DNA of 62,104 nucleotides, the filler included, from Sluysia triapertura (lineage: Eukaryota), in the NCBI GenBank assembly GCA_046118255.1. It is 4 parts of 4 records of this genome, joined end to end, with 100 filler letters (N's around TTAATTAATTAA, not from the genome) between each part and the next. Parts side by side here need not be neighbours in the genome. Positions count along the whole stretch, not along the records: positions 37,723 to 49,417 come from JBJNIA010178697.1; positions 49,518 to 62,104 come from JBJNIA010096996.1; 2 more parts are not named here. One strand, written 5' to 3'. Within the stretch, counting starts at the first letter, position 1. Every line of letters starts with the position of its first letter. Positions 42,722 through 55,079 of this stretch are shown here, in pieces. Both the position numbers and the translations under genes were made by a program. Under the pieces are notes generated by a model. The model was not told the origin of the DNA. It was given only the letters and a program-made list of their open reading frames with translations, and made no database searches.

Positions 42722-42937
42722 ATTATACCTATAAGGATTAAGTGCGTAACATGCAGCCTAAACTTGCGTCTTAAAATCAAATACTTCGATCCCATCAATT
42801 TGTTAAATAAATTAACTAAACATCATAAGGCATGGTTTACGTACCAGGCGCAACCTTTAAGTCCCCATTTAAGATTCAGCGACTACAATATCCCACAGGG
42901 GGCAATTATATCAATAAACCATCAATTACCTGGCGGT
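42722..42937 (+). CDS. Ubiquitin-like domain with C-terminal di-Gly, directly upstream of Gag
   Basis: IIPIRIKCVTCSLNLRLKIKYFDPINLLNKLTKHHKAWFTYQAQPLSPHLRFSDYNIPQGAIISINHQLPGG (72 aa). The C-terminal part aligns without gaps to ubiquitin [34 protein letters not shown]. Confidence 0.75.
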
Positions 42938-45900
42938 ACTGACGACGAACCATATCAAGTATCAGTACTCCGTCGTTGTCACAATTTTTCTTAGACGATA
43001 CTGGTTCTCCAAATATATGGTTTTTGGTTGTTGAAGCCATGTTCAAAACCAGTGCGATTAAACATCAAACTATGAAGTTTAATCATGCTCTAGCGATGTT
43101 GCCGCAGGCACTCCTAAGTAAAATTAGTCCAAAAATTCTAACATGTATTGCTTCAAAATCTCCGTATGACGAGCTCAAACAAATCGTCGTACAGCAATAC
43201 CGTCCAAATTCGGAAAAAGTCTTTCAAGACTACTTTAAGGTACAAACACTAGGTACTCTTTCACCTTCCGAATTTCTAGCAAAAATAAAAACAGACTTAG
43301 CGCCATTTGGTTGTGACATCGATAAAACCACGATATCTTAAAAAGATTATTCCTCGATGCTATGCCTCTCACAGTCCAAGGCATACTCATAGGAACTCAC
43401 AACATCAAAATCGACAAACTGGATAAGATCGCCGATAATATTATTGCAGTTTGGAACAAGAATCACCAACAACCTCTTCCAATAATCAAAAATACACTGC
43501 AACAACAACTAATATAGAAACTCAAAACCTTTTGTTACAGGTTCAAAATCTGACAAAACAAGTCGTAGATCTTACAAAAATTCTATTTTCAAAATCAAGA
43601 AAGAACTCACCAACAAGAAGAAAACGTTCTCCCACCTTCTCAACGAGTTCCTCTAATTCAAATAAATCATACAGAAATAGAAGACATTTTCAAAGAATAT
43701 ATTACTATCGCAACAGATTCCAACAACAAGCTAAATCTTGTTCATTATGATGTAGATTTCCAAACAAATCTAGAACTTTAACAATAAAAACTTATGCGTG
43801 TATCGTGCACACTTTCAATAAAGTTCCAAAAGATGCATAGATGGCTGCATCTATTTCAAACAAAATTAAAACCCTTCATCAAAAAACTAAATTTGCCAAC
43901 GATCAAAGCGGTTAGACCGAAACAATTGGCAATTAATGGTATTTTCACATTGCCGCTCACCTTTACCGATTTCAAATACACCAAATTTGATTTTCTGATA
44001 GATACTGGAGCTGCCGTATCTGTAATTCCTCAGCTCTTCATTAGAAACACACCACAGACACGTTCCTTTCTTACAGCAGCTAACGGAACAACTGCTACCT
44101 GCTACGGCTCCAGAAATCTACAATTCAAATTACCACACTTTAATAAGATCTTCGAATGGACTTTTCTAATAGCCGACTTCTAACTCACTATAAACAAAAC
44201 TTTAACAAAATCCTTCGAACAGCTAAACAATATAAAAATTAAATTAGAGGATCTCAATAACAACAATATAACACAATATATACAACAAATGCAACCCTAA
44301 ATACGTTTCTACCCAGACCACCGTGCAGACAAAGACGACGAGAACTTGCACAAAAAATACGTTCCCAGGCAGAAACAGAATTCTTTGAAATGGAAAGACA
44401 GGGAATTGTGCGACGCTCTTCTTCTTCATGGGCCACACCTCTGCAAAGCGTCAAAAAGAAAGATGGAACAATAAGGATATGTGATGACTACAGAATGCTT
44501 AATAAAGTCACTGTTCCAGACGTATATCCTGTGCCACTTATAAGACATCTTTCACAGATTGTACAATCTTCTCCTCAATAGACCTTGCCAATTCTTACCA
44601 CCAAATCCCAGTACATACTGAGGATATACCAAAAACAGCCATCACAACTCCTTTCGGCCTGTTTGAATATTTACGCATGCCTTTCGGTCTAAGAAATGCA
44701 GCACAAATCTTCCAAGGTCACATCGATCAAGGCTTAACTTTAACTACAGCCTATATCGATGACATCATAATTGCTTCCAGAGATTTCAAACAACATTAAA
44801 TACATCTGGAACAAGTATTTCAAAGACTATCCGACAATAATTTAATCATCAAAATCAACAAATGTCAATTTTTCAAAAGTAAAATCACTTTTCTAGGTAA
44901 TAACATCTCTGTTAACGGGATAGAAACCCGTACAACAGCAATAAGAGACCTACCTCAACCTAAAACAGTCACACAAATAAGAAGTTTCTTAGGCCTTGTT
45001 AATTATTGTCGACACTTCATCCCGAAACTGTCAGAAATAATAGCACCATTAACAGTATTATCATCGGGAAAGAAAAATCAACAGATCAATTGGAATACTA
45101 AATCTCTGGAATCCTTCGAACTAACAAAACAAGTTTATCATTTCCACTACAACATCTACCGTTCACCTTTAACAACAGATACTTCAAATATAACAATTGG
45201 TGTGGTACTAACTCAAAGTCCTCAAGAGACAACCAGACCCATCGAATTTTATTCCCACAAACTGTCTGCACAACAAGCTCGTTATTCGGCATTCGACCGT
45301 GAATTGCTTGCAATTTATCTTTCCATAAAACACTTCGAGTATCTCTTACTCCCAACGCAATTCACACTCATAACAGACCACAAACCGTTGTTACACATAT
45401 TCACAATGAAAAATCCCACTCCTGAGGCCTTTTGTTTCGAAAATTAATTTCTACGAAAACTATATTATTGGTCTTTAATTTTGTTATGAATTCAACTATT
45501 ATACTATTGATAATTACAATAAAAAATTTTTTATTGACCTCTGTTAGTCCTACGAACTAGCCGTAACTTGTAAGTCTATGACCGTAGGCAAACTCTTTTT
45601 ATTATTTATTGATAAGGTAATCTTTAATTTAATCCAAAAATAATTAGTTTGTGACAAACTCTTACCTAATTCAGAATAATAAAATCAAAATTTAACGTAA
45701 TGGTCATAAAAATACTTATTGAAGCAATGATACATCAACTTAAATTGAATATAAATCTATTCAAATGTAAAACTTATTTTCAATAATAATTTTTGATACA
45801 ATTAACAAGTCACTCATCAATTTCAATAATTAATGAGAATTAATTGATATATACTTTTACTGCATGTGCTCATTATAATACATAGAAATCTAACTTTATA

Positions 45901-45959
45901 ATTAATAAAATTAATTAACATACGTTAACGTATTTCACACTATCTCGGTGTTCACAACA

Positions 45960-46706
45960 CTAATAAATTTCATAACTGTATTCCGTTGTATATGGTACCT
46001 GTGTGGAGGGCAATTTATATTTTAATTTAATAAGTTTAGAATTAATTTTATTTTTATTTATATTAAAAATTATTTTAAATAAATAAATTACGACTGAATT
46101 AAAACAATTTGAAAATATTATTTTTGTCTTTATCAACATAGGCTTAAGGCCTGAAACAATTAAAAACCATAACATAATTAATAAATTTAATAAATTGACA
46201 AAATCTGTAAACATGTAAAAAATAACATTTGAACAATAATATAATAAATACATAGTTAATACTTGAATTAAAATAACCAGTTCCATAGTAACACCACTTG
46301 TAAGATTACGTACTTGATTGATATTAATTACAATATTGGAAACATTTAGGAATTCCACCAGACTATCTTTGCCTATATTTATCGCATTAATGGTAAAAAG
46401 TGGTTTTTGACTGCCATCATTAAATTCGTAGAAACACTTTGCTAGTTTAATGACAAAAGCTTCACCAATAAGTATGTAATTCAAAACCGGACTTGATTCA
46501 TTTCTTAAAATCATCTTATAAAGATCCTCATTTAATAAATTGCCATTTTTACAATCTTTTACTAAGTTTATTACCTCATATTCTCTAATTTTTTCATTCC
46601 AGTTATTAGATAAACCATTTTCATAAGTATTTAGAGCATTAACTGGTATCATAAGTAAATTATTGATACTTATAATGCTTAATAACATGAAATGTATCGG
46701 TAACAT
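45960..46706 (-). CDS. Hypothetical membrane protein (signal peptide plus hydrophobic segments), intronless
   Basis: 248-aa ATG-initiated ORF in AT-rich DNA; hydrophobic N-terminus ending near VNA, and hydrophobic stretches in the C-terminal half. Confidence 0.5.
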   Translation of the reverse strand: MLPIHFMLLSIISINNLLMIPVNALNTYENGLSNNWNEKIREYEVINLVKDCKNGNLLNEDLYKMILRNESSPVLNYILIGEAFVIKLAKCFYEFNDGSQKPLFTINAINIGKDSLVEFLNVSNIVININQVRNLTSGVTMELVILIQVLTMYLLYYCSNVIFYMFTDFVNLLNLLIMLWFLIVSGLKPMLIKTKIIFSNCFNSVVIYLFKIIFNINKNKINSKLIKLKYKLPSTQVPYTTEYSYEIY

Positions 46707-47409
46707 ATTTTAAGAGTAATTATAAAAAAATATCAATATTTATTATTAATAGCTATTAATAACTGTTTTAATTTTAAACCTACCTTTTAAATACAAAAAA
46801 CCAATTTTCAAAATAAGTGATAATTTCCAATAAAATTGTGATTACATAAAAACAATTAATTACTTAACTTTTATCATATCGATAATTGGTTGAATTAAAA
46901 TTTTTAAAAAATTCTTCAATTTAATTCATTTGCATGTATGCATTAGAAAGCATTGCTATAAAATTAATATTTGATGTGTTTATTTAAACAGTTAAACCTG
47001 ATTATCGGTGAATTATATTAATTACCAAACGTAAAAAGTAATGATTTTTTAAAATCAAATATTTTAAATTTAAAATAAATCAGAATTGTTTGCTTAATAT
47101 GTTTGTTTTTTTAAATCATAATTATTCTATATTTTAGTAATGTAGCACTGTTTAATGTAAACATTTAATTAATAAAAATTACTCCCTTTGTTCGAAGTAT
47201 GATATGTATTTCAAAAAAATCGTAGATTATCGAAAATACATGGCGATAATCGTATTAATATTGTATTCATTGACTGTCACATAAGTTAATATAAATGACG
47301 GGTGTTGCATTCGTGTAAAGTAAGAACTTGACGAGCGAAGATAATCTATGAACTGCTGTGATTTGAAAATGGCAAATTCCGAAGAAAAATTGATAAACTT
47401 AAAAAGTAA

Positions 47410-47905
47410 AGATACCAAACGTAAACAATTGACCGAAGAGTAACGCCATTTTATACTAGAATAAATATTATATCACATGAAATAGAACAAGTTACAACAC
47501 GGTACAATCAAGTAGCCCGTCTGAACATAAGTAGAATTTGGCATAAAGAACAAGCTTAATATAGAGAAGGCAAAATATGTGCCGATGTTTCTTCAAAAAA
47601 GAAAGATAAATGCGAAAGAAAACGAAAATATTTCTTTGACAATTTAGCTCAAATAAAAAATACATCATTAAATCATCGAAGAACGATTCGCAGTCCTTCT
47701 GTGGCAATTAATATTACAAAAAACTTTGTTTGATATATTTAAACATCGAAATTGTTTAAGCGAATTTATTACACAGTTAAACTTATTTTAACGGATAAAA
47801 ATAAATTATAATGATTACAGTTTTGCTTGTCGCAGGTAAATCTTACCAGTAAGAGAGACTTTCTTTTTGATGATTTACATGAATACGTTCATATTGACCA
47901 AAATT
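47410..47905 (+). mobile_element. DD39D-type (plant-like) mariner transposase fragment
   Basis: RKQLTEE; HRRTIRS; VKLILTDKNKL..LQFCLS; FDDLHEYVHIDQ (cf. VHIDEKWF). Decayed. Confidence 0.7.
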
Positions 47906-49417
47906 TAAACATTCTTATTACCTAATTATCAAGGTCATTTTAATGCGTTTCAATTCAAGGTCATAATTCATTTCAATTAATATGTCTGTATTATAAATCT
48001 AAATATAATCTCAGTTAATATGTTTGCATAATGTTATAAATCTAAAAATAAAAAAATCAATAAATATGTTTAATACTAAAATAGAAATTATTATTATTAT
48101 TGTTATAAAAATTTTTAAATAAATAAAAAATAAAATTTCAAATTAAAAAATTGTTAATTATTGTTTTATTCTTTCATCGAAAAAACCTTCAAAGTCACCA
48201 AAGTAGCTATATAAAGCTACACTAATTTTGCATTTTCACACACGATTGTTCAAGTCTAATATAATTTTTTGATTTGGACCGTTTACAATTTTGGATTGCT
48301 CACACGGATTTTCTTTGAAAAAGGTTTTTTCTAATATTTATTCTTTAGTTTAATTTTTGTATGATTCTTTTTTAATTAAGATTGTAAAATTTACGTAAAA
48401 TTTATTTAAAATTTTGTTATCTTTTTAATAGAGTTGAAAAAATTATTATTATACTATAAAATTAAAAAGTATTATAAATTAATCTGTTAATATCCATTAT
48501 TTGTCATTGTAATCCAATCGTATTTTGTTTTTGTAAAATGTATATTAAATTCGTTGCTTGCTATATTATACCATTATAGGATACTCCGTTTTTTAGTTGC
48601 GGTTGTAAAATATACTTAAACTCATTAAAGAAAGACTAATAAATGTAAGGTGCCATTTTTATAATGCAGTAGTAATATAATAGTAAAACAGTAGTAATAG
48701 TAGTAACCCATCATTTATTTTAATTGATTAAAAACTATATTTGGTTGCAAATATAATACAGGAAGGCGATTTAAGACACCATTTTTCCACATGAATTTTT
48801 CTAATTAATTATTTAATTCTTCAAAAACGGTATTGACTTTATTTTACATAAAATAACCGATCATTTAAAATCATTATTTACCTCCAATTACTACTTCTTT
48901 TGTTTGATACTTACAACTTAGCTTTTATGTGAATAAGACTAAGATAGTAATGGACTCATCACATAATTATAAATCACCAAAGTTCTTGCATAATGTTAGA
49001 CGAAGAAGAACTTGAGAGAAACTGACAAAGCAAAGATTTATAAGTGTAGGACTTTGATAATACATTAAGCATATTTTGGTACATTGAACATGTGAATATT
49101 ACTTTGTACATTGAACATTTGATATTATTTATTAATTTTATAATTTTGAATTTATTATTTTTAAAAAATTTGTAAATAATTTTTGAAATATTTTCATAAA
49201 TTTATTTGGAATTAAACAGCAATAAAAACTAACGTAAGTATTTCTGATATTTCTAATATATTATTAATTAAAATATTTTCAATAAAATTTGTTTTAATTA
49301 TTAAAAATTAATATTATTTGTCCAAGGTCAACTAAATAAGTATATAAGCATTGCACAAATGCGCTAAAAAAAACAAAAACAACAACAATATTAACAATTT
49401 TAATACAATCAATTTTT

Positions 49418-49517
49418 NNNNNNNNNNNNNNNNNNNNNNNNNNNNNNNNNNNNNNNNNNNNTTAATTAATTAANNNNNNNNNNNNNNNNNNNNNNNNNNN
49501 NNNNNNNNNNNNNNNNN
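49418..49517. other. Artificial contig linker
   Basis: 100-nt N gap containing TTAATTAATTAA. Confidence 0.97.
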
Positions 49518-49734
49518 TAATTAGTAAATATTTGTTTAAATATTTATTTGTCACGTTAAATAATTTTCTTATATATTTTTGATCATTAATAATTTCTTTT
49601 ATTGAATTTTAAAATATTTATATTTTCGAATGTAGTGTGAAATTAATTTTTCTTTATAATGTTTCTGAAATTATTATTTATTTAAGTTCTATATGTAAAT
49701 GTTTAACAAAATCTTTTAAATTAATGTAAACTAA

Positions 49735-50845
49735 ATGAGTACTCGTAATCTTACCGATAGCTTTATTTTTATGCGAAATAATGCATTGCAAAATAGACAA
49801 TATGTAGAAGATGTAATTAATTGTTTATTATGTTATGATGAATTATAGAATGAATCTGATAAAACTTCATTATTAGATCGTGAAAAAGTAATAGATAATA
49901 AATCAAGTGATGATTTACCAAATGACTAGTAAATATTTATTTATTAATTTATAATTTTAAGTAAATCTCTGGTTAAAGAAATGCAGTTAGATTTTACCAA
50001 AATACAACAAAAAGGTTTTTTTTAATTTAATTTTAAGTATTGAGATTAGTGAAGTGTCTTTTGTCACTACATGACAGGCATTTAAATAGAGCTAGTCTGG
50101 ATGACAACTTGGATGAAGATAAGCGCATTGAGGAGCAAACTAAAGAATTAACAGATGTAAAAATTTAAAATTTATATTTATTTTTAAAGTATTTTATGGA
50201 TTTACATAGAAAGTTATCACGCTTAACTGCTCTTGGTAGAAATATGCGCCTACAAGGTGGTTCTAAATACCATATTGCTAACAATATACAATCAAATATC
50301 GCACGCCAATTAATGGACTTATCAAGTGCTTTCAGGAAAGCACAAAGTCAATATTTAGGAAGTTAGTTTATTTAATAATTTCTTTATTTTATGCAGAATT
50401 AAAATCAAGAGATGAAAAATTAAAAGGATTTTTTGAATATCCAGTTACCTCAGATGTTGTAGATGATGCAGATGGTTTACCAGATTATTACAATAGACAA
50501 GTAAAATATTTTTTTGGTTAAATTATTTATTATTAGCATCAACAAGCCTCGTTAGAAGAAAATTCACAAGCATTATTAGAACGCGAAAAAGAAATAAACG
50601 AAATAGTTAGATCAATAAAAGAATTAAATTCTATATTTCGTGACTTTGACCAATTAGTAGCAGATCAAGGTTGTGTAGTCGATCGCATTGATCACAAAGT
50701 TGAACAAACTCAATTAAAAGTTAGTTAAGGTTTAGGACAATTACAGAAAGCACCTAAGTACTAAAAGAAAAATAGGAAGATGTTGATTATACTTATTTTA
50801 GCAATTATTGCTACAATTTTATCATGAGTCCTGTACGAAATGTAA
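49735..50845 (+). pseudogene. STX16: Syntaxin-16 (Qa-SNARE), seven exons, disrupted
   Basis: MSTRNLTDSFIFMRNNALQNRQ; LHDRHLNRASLDD; FRKAQSQYL; EREKEINEIVRSIKELNSIFRDFDQLVADQGCVVDRIDH; KKNRKM plus TM. Introns 49813-49848, 49929-49961, 50015-50049, 50157-50189, 50362-50396, 50501-50536. Frameshift near 50265; stops at 50726, 50762, 50825. Confidence 0.92.
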
Positions 50846-51619
50846 GGAACTTTCGACAACCAATATTCTGAAGGACAAAGAAATAATATATTATTTTATG
50901 ATTGTAACTGATTTATTTTTCTACATTATCCTTTAGTATTAACGTTTCCAATTTATGAATGATTTTATATATATAATAACCTATTTGTTGCTGTTATTGA
51001 TGATGATTTGATTGCAGTGATAATTTGATATATTTTTTAATAATGAAGGAAATTAACTTTCATGTTTATTATAACTTAAATGAGCAATTAATTTATCTTT
51101 TAATAATCGTCGTAACAAGAAGCTACCGATAAAGCAGCAAATACATTACTGATAAATTTGAATGTGTATACAATCAATAACGCCTAATATTAATGACAAT
51201 TAAGTTACCAAAAGATCAGCATAGATCCCTTTATTTAGTTCACCTGCATGTCTACCTAGCTCTTCATTTTAGCTGTAATCAAGATAAGACTATCCAGTGA
51301 TGAATTAGAACATTAGTTATAGAACAAAAATGATTTCAAATGAAAACAGTATCTATTTACATGGCGACTGAGATGTAAAGAATTTATTAAGATTTAGCGT
51401 GTATGTTTCAAATTAAATTAGTATATTATTAATTCTTCATGTTATACACACGAAACATCAGCTGAAAAGATAATGATAGTTTCCGTTAACTGTCTCAGTC
51501 TTTGTTTGACTATCTTTATATTAATTAATTTTATGGTTATTTCAGAAACTTAGTTTTTAAATATGAAATTAAAAAGAACCACGTTTATTTAATAAAATCG
51601 ATCATTTTAATTTTTCAAA

Positions 51620-52057
51620 TTAATCAGATTCACTAGTATATTCACTTTCATAGCATTCATGTCTTGGTATAATTCGGTGAGCACATAACATGTAAATAGA
51701 TCCATCTTCTGATTGTATATTCTGGCCTGTTGCAGCGTCGTATTCGATATATATTGTCTCTTCAACCCATTTACCAACTAAATCATCATCATTATCATCG
51801 TCTTCTAAATCTAGGACTGAACTTGACTTTATCATGCTAAAATTCATTGCAGAATCTTCATACGAGCGATCTGTTCCAAACATATAATCACCTCTACTTG
51901 AATTCAATGGATGATATTCTAATGGAATTGGACTTATCACCATATTTGTCTCATCAATTTCATTAATTTCACGATTATCAATAGATGGTCCTTTACGTTG
52001 ATCAAATAAATTAATTATTTTTTGAGCTACTTTATTGTCTTTACAAATTAAAAGCAA
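51620..52057 (-). CDS. Hypothetical protein, probable terminal exon (acidic)
   Basis: 145-aa frame with protein-like composition; no family recognised. Confidence 0.45.
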   Translation of the reverse strand: MLLICKDNKVAQKIINLFDQRKGPSIDNREINEIDETNMVISPIPLEYHPLNSSRGDYMFGTDRSYEDSAMNFSMIKSSSVLDLEDDDNDDDLVGKWVEETIYIEYDAATGQNIQSEDGSIYMLCAHRIIPRHECYESEYTSESD

Positions 52058-52441
52058 ATAATGAATATAGACGGTGATTTTTAAATTTTGTTCAGAAACG
52101 TTTTTTCCAAACTCATTTTTCTAATTTCAATAATGAGATTGATTTTTGTTTAGTAGGTGTTGTTTTTAAGTCCAATTAGATAGCATGCATAGCTTCATTA
52201 AGTGAACTTGCATGTGTGTGTAAATCAATAACAATTTGGAATCATTAACATTATGTAAATCGGATTATAGTAAATTTTTGATTTTATTTATCTGGTAAAT
52301 AGGTCATATGTGAGATGAAGAAGAATTTGTTTAAATCTCAAAATACAGTATTCAAATAAAGTGAAATCTATTTAATCGAAATACAAAAAAAGATTAAAAT
52401 TGAAACGATTCTTTATGTTTTTAGCATATTATTTTAATTAG

Positions 52442-53578
52442 GTGTGCATGTGTTGATCAAAGAACACAAAGAATTGATATTTACGTCATTAACTTCATTT
52501 TCAAAGATAAACAATTTGAATTCTGCCAATTGTGGTTTATAACTTCAATGACTGATCAATTAATATTAAGAAAATTTAAAGATGCACGTTCACGTCGCTT
52601 GTTCTTGAAAATTCAACCGAGGTTGGGACCTGTTCAAGCTGGTTTATTAATGAAAGAAATGGAACAATTCAAAACTGATTGCGTGCGATATGAAGTCTTA
52701 GATTCAGAAGAAACTATATGGGATAATCCAACGTTATTTAGACATTTAATACAAAATTCAGATGCTGGCATTTGTCTAATTAGTAGTTATAGTAAAAAAG
52801 TAAAGATAATTTAGTAATTGTACGTGGTTGCGAGTCTGATGTGGTGGATTTTTATGAATTTGAATTGTTAGATTTTAAATCATTTAAGGATTTTAAGTAT
52901 ATGTTTAATTTACAAAAAAATTGTAATCCAGTTCTAAACTTTATGGGTTTTGATAATGCCTACCAGAAATTCGGTTATTTGAAAAGTATTTTAATAGATT
53001 TAGTTTGTGGTCCTAATGTTACTGCGCCGGATCCAACTGGAACCAATTACACAATTAGTTTTCAATCAATTGATTCAAATTCTAAAGTAATTGTTAAGAT
53101 CAGAAATTGGTTGATAGATGGAAAAGAATTGATAGAACATAGTCCTAGTGTCGAGTCGAGGATCCTAAGAAGTCAGTTGCCTGAACCGGAAATGTGGAAA
53201 AAAGCAAATGAAGTTCCTGAACAAATACTTAAAATAAATAAACATAAAAACAGTAGTATTAATTTAGCAGTGGATTTAGAAGGTAAAGTATATCAGAGAC
53301 TATGTATGAAAGCTTTTAATAAAGTTGAGGAGATTGCGATATATGATATCTTTAACATATATGATAATTTTGAGATACTTTATGTTTTTAATATGTGTAA
53401 TAATTTTAAAATTAAATATATCAAAGGAAATAGTTATCTTTTACTTCAATTTATAATTAACGATGATTTAAATGATTTTAGTAGTTTCATAAACCTTAAG
53501 TCATATTTTACTTTAAATAGATTTCTGAAATTACATTTTAAATCTATTACAATTATACACCGGCCATTACAATTATAA
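52442..53578 (+). CDS. Hypothetical multi-exon protein
   Basis: ORFs 52530-52814 and 52841-53578 join in frame through a 35-nt GT-AG intron (52800-52834), the same size class as the STX16 introns. Confidence 0.6.
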
Positions 53579-54347
53579 GTCAAAAATTTATCACTAATTA
53601 CTGCATCACAATTTAACAAAATTAGCAACCAATTATATCAATAGAAATAAAATTTTGTAACGATACAGCAAAGGTAACATTTGAAATAACTGCAGAACTA
53701 ATAAAAATGCAACAAAAGAAAATCGCGAAAATAGCCGTGATAATTAAAAAATTTGAGTAAAATGGGTAAAATTCTGCTTAAGCAGAAATTATTAAAACTA
53801 AAGAAAATGTCTGCCAGGTTTTAATATTAAACTAAACAAGATTTTAAACGTTTGCGGCCAAGGGCTTGATCTAAACAGTGATCTGTTTACACTAAACAAA
53901 AATAACGCAATAACGACAACAATGATGTTTACAGACGAGATAAAGACCATAACTTTCTATTTAAAGATGACAATGTATGCAATCGAAATAACGGCAACGA
54001 CGATGCTTTCAGACGAAACAAAAATGATAACATACTATTTAAAGTATGTAAGGATAATGATGACCTCATCAGACCAAGTAAAGAGGAGAGAATGAAAAGA
54101 ATGGTGATTTATTCAGACGAAACAGTATCACGCTTTACCCAATTCAAATAAAGACGTTTTACATGATGATAAATACCTATTTGATACTTTCTGTATGTTA
54201 TTTGCCCTTAATTGATATGGATATTCATCCGCGTAAAATCATATTAGTTATTACATCTTATGTTACAAAACTCAAATTGAAAGGTAAAGATTAATAATTA
54301 ATTAGGCTTAAAGGTAATTAAAAATTCATTTAAAAATTCATTGGCGA

Positions 54348-54640
54348 CTGTATTTTCCGGACTATAAGGCGAATCCTAAAAAAACATTTGGTAAACCTAC
54401 TTACTTACTTCACCGAATTATAAGCCGCTACTACTAAAATTTAACTAAAAATTTTTTCTAAGATGCGCCTTATAATCCGGAAGCTATTTAAGTGCAAAAA
54501 TGATAACATATTGTTAAAAGAATTAACAATTAACAAGTAATATTGATGACGCATCTTATTCGTCCGTATCAAAAACCATCCATTCATTTTAGATTATAAA
54601 CAGGTTTTCTTCGCAGTGTTCTCCAACACTTAAAACTTAA
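54348..54640. mobile_element. pogo/Tc2-type DNA transposon end
   Basis: CTGTATTTTCCGGACTATAAGGCG, an internal direct copy (ttcaccgaattataagccg) and an inverted copy GCGCCTTATAATCCGGAA at 54465-54482. Confidence 0.65.
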
Positions 54641-55079
54641 TAATACATTCTTCTTAACATCACAAAAATGATTATAAAGTAAATTACGTAAACAAAATTA
54701 TTGATGTAATAAAATATATAAATACAAAAATCAGCAATAGAAGATAAACTTTTAAGTCTACATCATAATTCAAAAAGCATACATTTTATAAAATAAAACA
54801 TCTAAATAAATAAAAGTTTGAAAAAAAATTTCACTTTTATTGTTAATATAAGATAATAATAGTTTGCTACGTAGCATAAACTTAATTACGTAATTGAATG
54901 AAACAGTACAAAACTAACAATCGTTTACCATTATTAAACTTCTCAGTTTTTTGATTTTCTAATCTATCAATATCTTTATATTTACTCTCTACCTTCTGGA
55001 ATTCGGATAATTTTTCACTGAATAATAAAATACTACCTTAAATTTTATATAAAACGTTCAAACAGTCAAATTTATTAAT

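Larger units (their letters stand above)
40863..45425 (+). mobile_element. Ty3/Gypsy LTR retrotransposon (CsRn1-like), decayed and 3'-truncated before integrase
   Basis: Gag PNIWFLVVEAMF and degenerate CHCC knuckle (YYYRNRFQQQAKSCSL*C); protease FLIDTGAAVS (44001); [39 protein letters not shown] (44752); RNase H DRELLAIY..TDHKPL. The 5' boundary is uncertain. Confidence 0.93.

Noticed and set aside
44244-45355. Minus-strand ORFs over the Gypsy pol
   Set aside because: Shadow ORFs of the RT/RNase H coding strand.
25908-49517. Recurrent TTAATTAATTAA inside N runs as a biological motif
   Set aside because: Identical 100-nt constructs with a six-frame stop 12-mer are assembly linkers; synteny across them is not assumed.
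50700-50845. Stop-codon reassignment (TAA/TGA read as sense) in STX16
   Set aside because: The same gene has a frameshift, the stops fall at different residue types, and the intact homeobox and GPCR genes end in TAA.
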